Of a DNA stretch of 64,000 nt, positions 61,844-64,000 are shown one piece after another (within the stretch, counting starts at the first letter, position 1; each line of letters starts with the position of its first letter). The notes below the pieces were generated by a model, which had not been told where the DNA came from, did no database searches, and saw nothing but the letters and a program-made list of their open reading frames with translations. The DNA lies in the NCBI RefSeq assembly GCF_006345805.1, contig NC_042998.1, positions 7,316,001 to 7,380,000 of the forward strand, written 5' to 3'. This DNA comes from Octopus sinensis (Eukaryota). A program made the position numbers and the translations under genes.

Positions 61844-62697
61844 CCCTAACTGCTAGGTCAAGTGCCTTCACACAATATCATCATCACCATCATCATCACT
61901 GTTTAATGTCCGCTTCCCATGCTAGCATGGGTGGGACAGTTTGACAAAAGCCGGCCAGGTAGAAGCCTGCACCAGACTTCTGTAACCGTTTTAGCAGGAT
62001 TTTTACAGCTGGATGCCTTTCCTAACACCAACCACTCAGCAGAGCGGACTTTGTGCTTTTTATGTAGCACAAGCACAGGTGAGGTCAGTTTTGGCAAGGT
62101 TTTTACAGCTGGATGCCCTTCCAAACGTCAGCCACTTTACAGTGTAGACTCGGTGCTGATATATATATATATATATATATATCCCCTATATAATTATGTA
62201 TGCAATTTATTGAAACTGATCTTCAGGTAGTGTTCTTACCAGAAGATTGCAATGGTATGAAACTCGAGTCATTAAATAAAAACTATATACACTACATCTA
62301 TTAAGCACTTCCCTGTCATTCATCCAAATAATTCCATGTTCATATATGTATATGTTTGTATGTATGTATGTATGTATTTATGCATGCATTCATGCGTGTA
62401 TGTATATGTGTATGTATGTGTGTGTGTGTACATGTGTATGTATGTGTGTGTGTACATGTGTATGAATGTGTGTGTCTCTGCGAATGTTTCCATTCTTCCT
62501 TTATACATGAGGGCATTGATCTAAAATCAGTGTTGTTTCCTTGATATCTCAGTCACTCAGAAGCCTATAAGAATTGGGTCCAGAAACATAATAATACTGC
62601 TTCTATACATGAAAAATTCCCATTGGATGATTTGAACTCTTATTTTAATGTTTAAAGCAATCAGTTCAGTTATTATTCATGTGGGATATATATATAT

Positions 62698-62976
62698 CAT
62701 CATCATCATCATCATCATCATTGTTTAACATCCATTTTCCATGCTAGCATGGGTTGGACAGTTCTACCGGGGTCTGGGAAACCAGGAGGCTGCACCAGGC
62801 TCCAGTCTGATTTGGCAGTGTTTCTACAGCTGGATGCCCTTCCTAATGCCAACCACTCTGTGAGTGTAGTGGGTGCTTTTTACGTGCCACCTGCACAGGT
62901 GCCAGAGGGGCCTGGCATCTGCCATGATCGGTTGGTGCTTTTTATGTGTCACCGGCACAGAAGCCAGTCGAGGCAG
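62698..62976 (-). mobile_element. Family R retroposon with ~2 modules
   Basis: (CAT)n start and conserved body. Confidence 0.85.
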
Positions 62977-62977
62977 G

Positions 62978-63292
62978 TGTGTGGAGGCGCAATGGCCCAG
63001 TGGTTAGGGCAGCAGACTCATGGTTGTAGGATCGCGGTTTCGATTCCCAGACCGGGCGTTGTGAGTGTTTATTGAGCGAAAACACCTAAAGCTCCATGAG
63101 GCTCCGGCAGGGGATGGTGACGATCTCTGCTGTACTCTTTCGCCACAACTTTCTCTCACTCTTTCTTCTGTTGGCCTGCTCGCTTAGCCAGTGGGGTGGC
63201 ATCAATTGAAGGCTAAAACAATGCGAAACGCATTGTGACCAGCGATGTTTAGCAACATCTGATAGCCTGGTTGGTCATGGTGATCACAGTGA
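62978..63292 (+). mobile_element. SINE family C with tail III
   Basis: Head and body as at 24167; tail ttggcctgctcgc...cattgtgaccag. Confidence 0.85.
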
Positions 63293-63717
63293 TATATATA
63301 TATATATATATATGTATTTCTTTATATTCATGTGTGTGTGAGTATGTGTGTGCATACATGGATTAAATTATAGGGCAAATATTAAGAAATCCATTTTATA
63401 TTTTTGATTAGCTTTTTTGATGGTAATAATAAACTACATATTTTTTATATTAATGCTTTGAGCTCAGAAAGCAGATATATGGGCTCAAAATTTTACTGAC
63501 ATTAACTGCAGAAAGTGGTTTGACCCCATGATTTTGATAACACCTCTCCTTATGCTGTGAGAAGTAAATGCACCCCTAGTGACACTTACAAAAGACAATT
63601 TTTCAGATTTTTCTTAACTTATACACTTATTTCATCAAATACCTCTTTACAGAACAAGAATCAAATACAATTAGTTGTGGGTATGATGCATTTAGTGGTG
63701 GTCTGATAACCATACCT

Positions 63718-63948
63718 ATTTCTTTATTTACCACAAGGGGCTAAACACAGAGAGGACAAACAAGGACAGATAAACGGATTAAATCGATTACATCAACCCC
63801 AGTGCGTAACTGGTACTTAATTTATCAACCCTGAAAGGATAAAAAGTAAAGTCGACCTTGGTGGAATTTGAACTCAGAACGTAGCGTCAGACGAAATACC
63901 ATTAAGCATTTCGACTGGCATGCTAACGTTTCTGCCAGTTCGCCACCT
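63718..63948 (-). mobile_element. SINE family B
   Basis: Full body. Confidence 0.8.
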
Positions 63949-64000
63949 ACAATAACCATACCTACAGCAGATATTGAAAAAGTATTGCAAAAGCAGAAAA

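Overview
This is AT-rich, repeat-saturated eukaryotic DNA. The SINE, MITE and microsatellite complement looks like an octopus (coleoid cephalopod) genome, which is an inference from remembered repeat families. Most of the window appears to be intronic. Two small + strand exons (34629-34774 and 59986-60064, canonical AG/GT, matching phase 0 across a 25,211-nt intron) splice to GLLLQLLPDKPKNLLGLSSKREVVRQVFLFSNHMLLTSRASNGRLHLAK|QQGKIPLIDCTLIEDPSSEVFLVDED. This is the second PH domain of a RasGRF-family Ras/Rac exchange factor, whose other exons lie outside the window or were not recognisable. The rest is tRNA-derived SINEs (4 families), RTE-tailed non-autonomous elements with an internal 62-65 bp minisatellite, LINE fragments (RTE, CR1, R4/Dong-like, CRE-like), hAT, piggyBac, Tc1/mariner and Helitron non-autonomous elements, Penelope-like relics and microsatellites. 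Most listed ORFs are repeat artefacts. Best leads: (1) three unrelated short repeats, all antisense to RasGRF, that fold as complete type I hammerhead ribozymes with non-canonical cores, one with a compensatory G3-C8 swap; (2) a complete 2 body x 3 tail mix-and-match SINE matrix; (3) a CpG-rich promoter-like island with a strong splice donor antisense to RasGRF, plus an ~8.8 kb SINE-free zone with exon-like islands, suggesting a possible nested antisense gene; (4) several long fold-back hairpins. All alignments were done by eye; repeat boundaries are approximate unless TSDs or termini are quoted.
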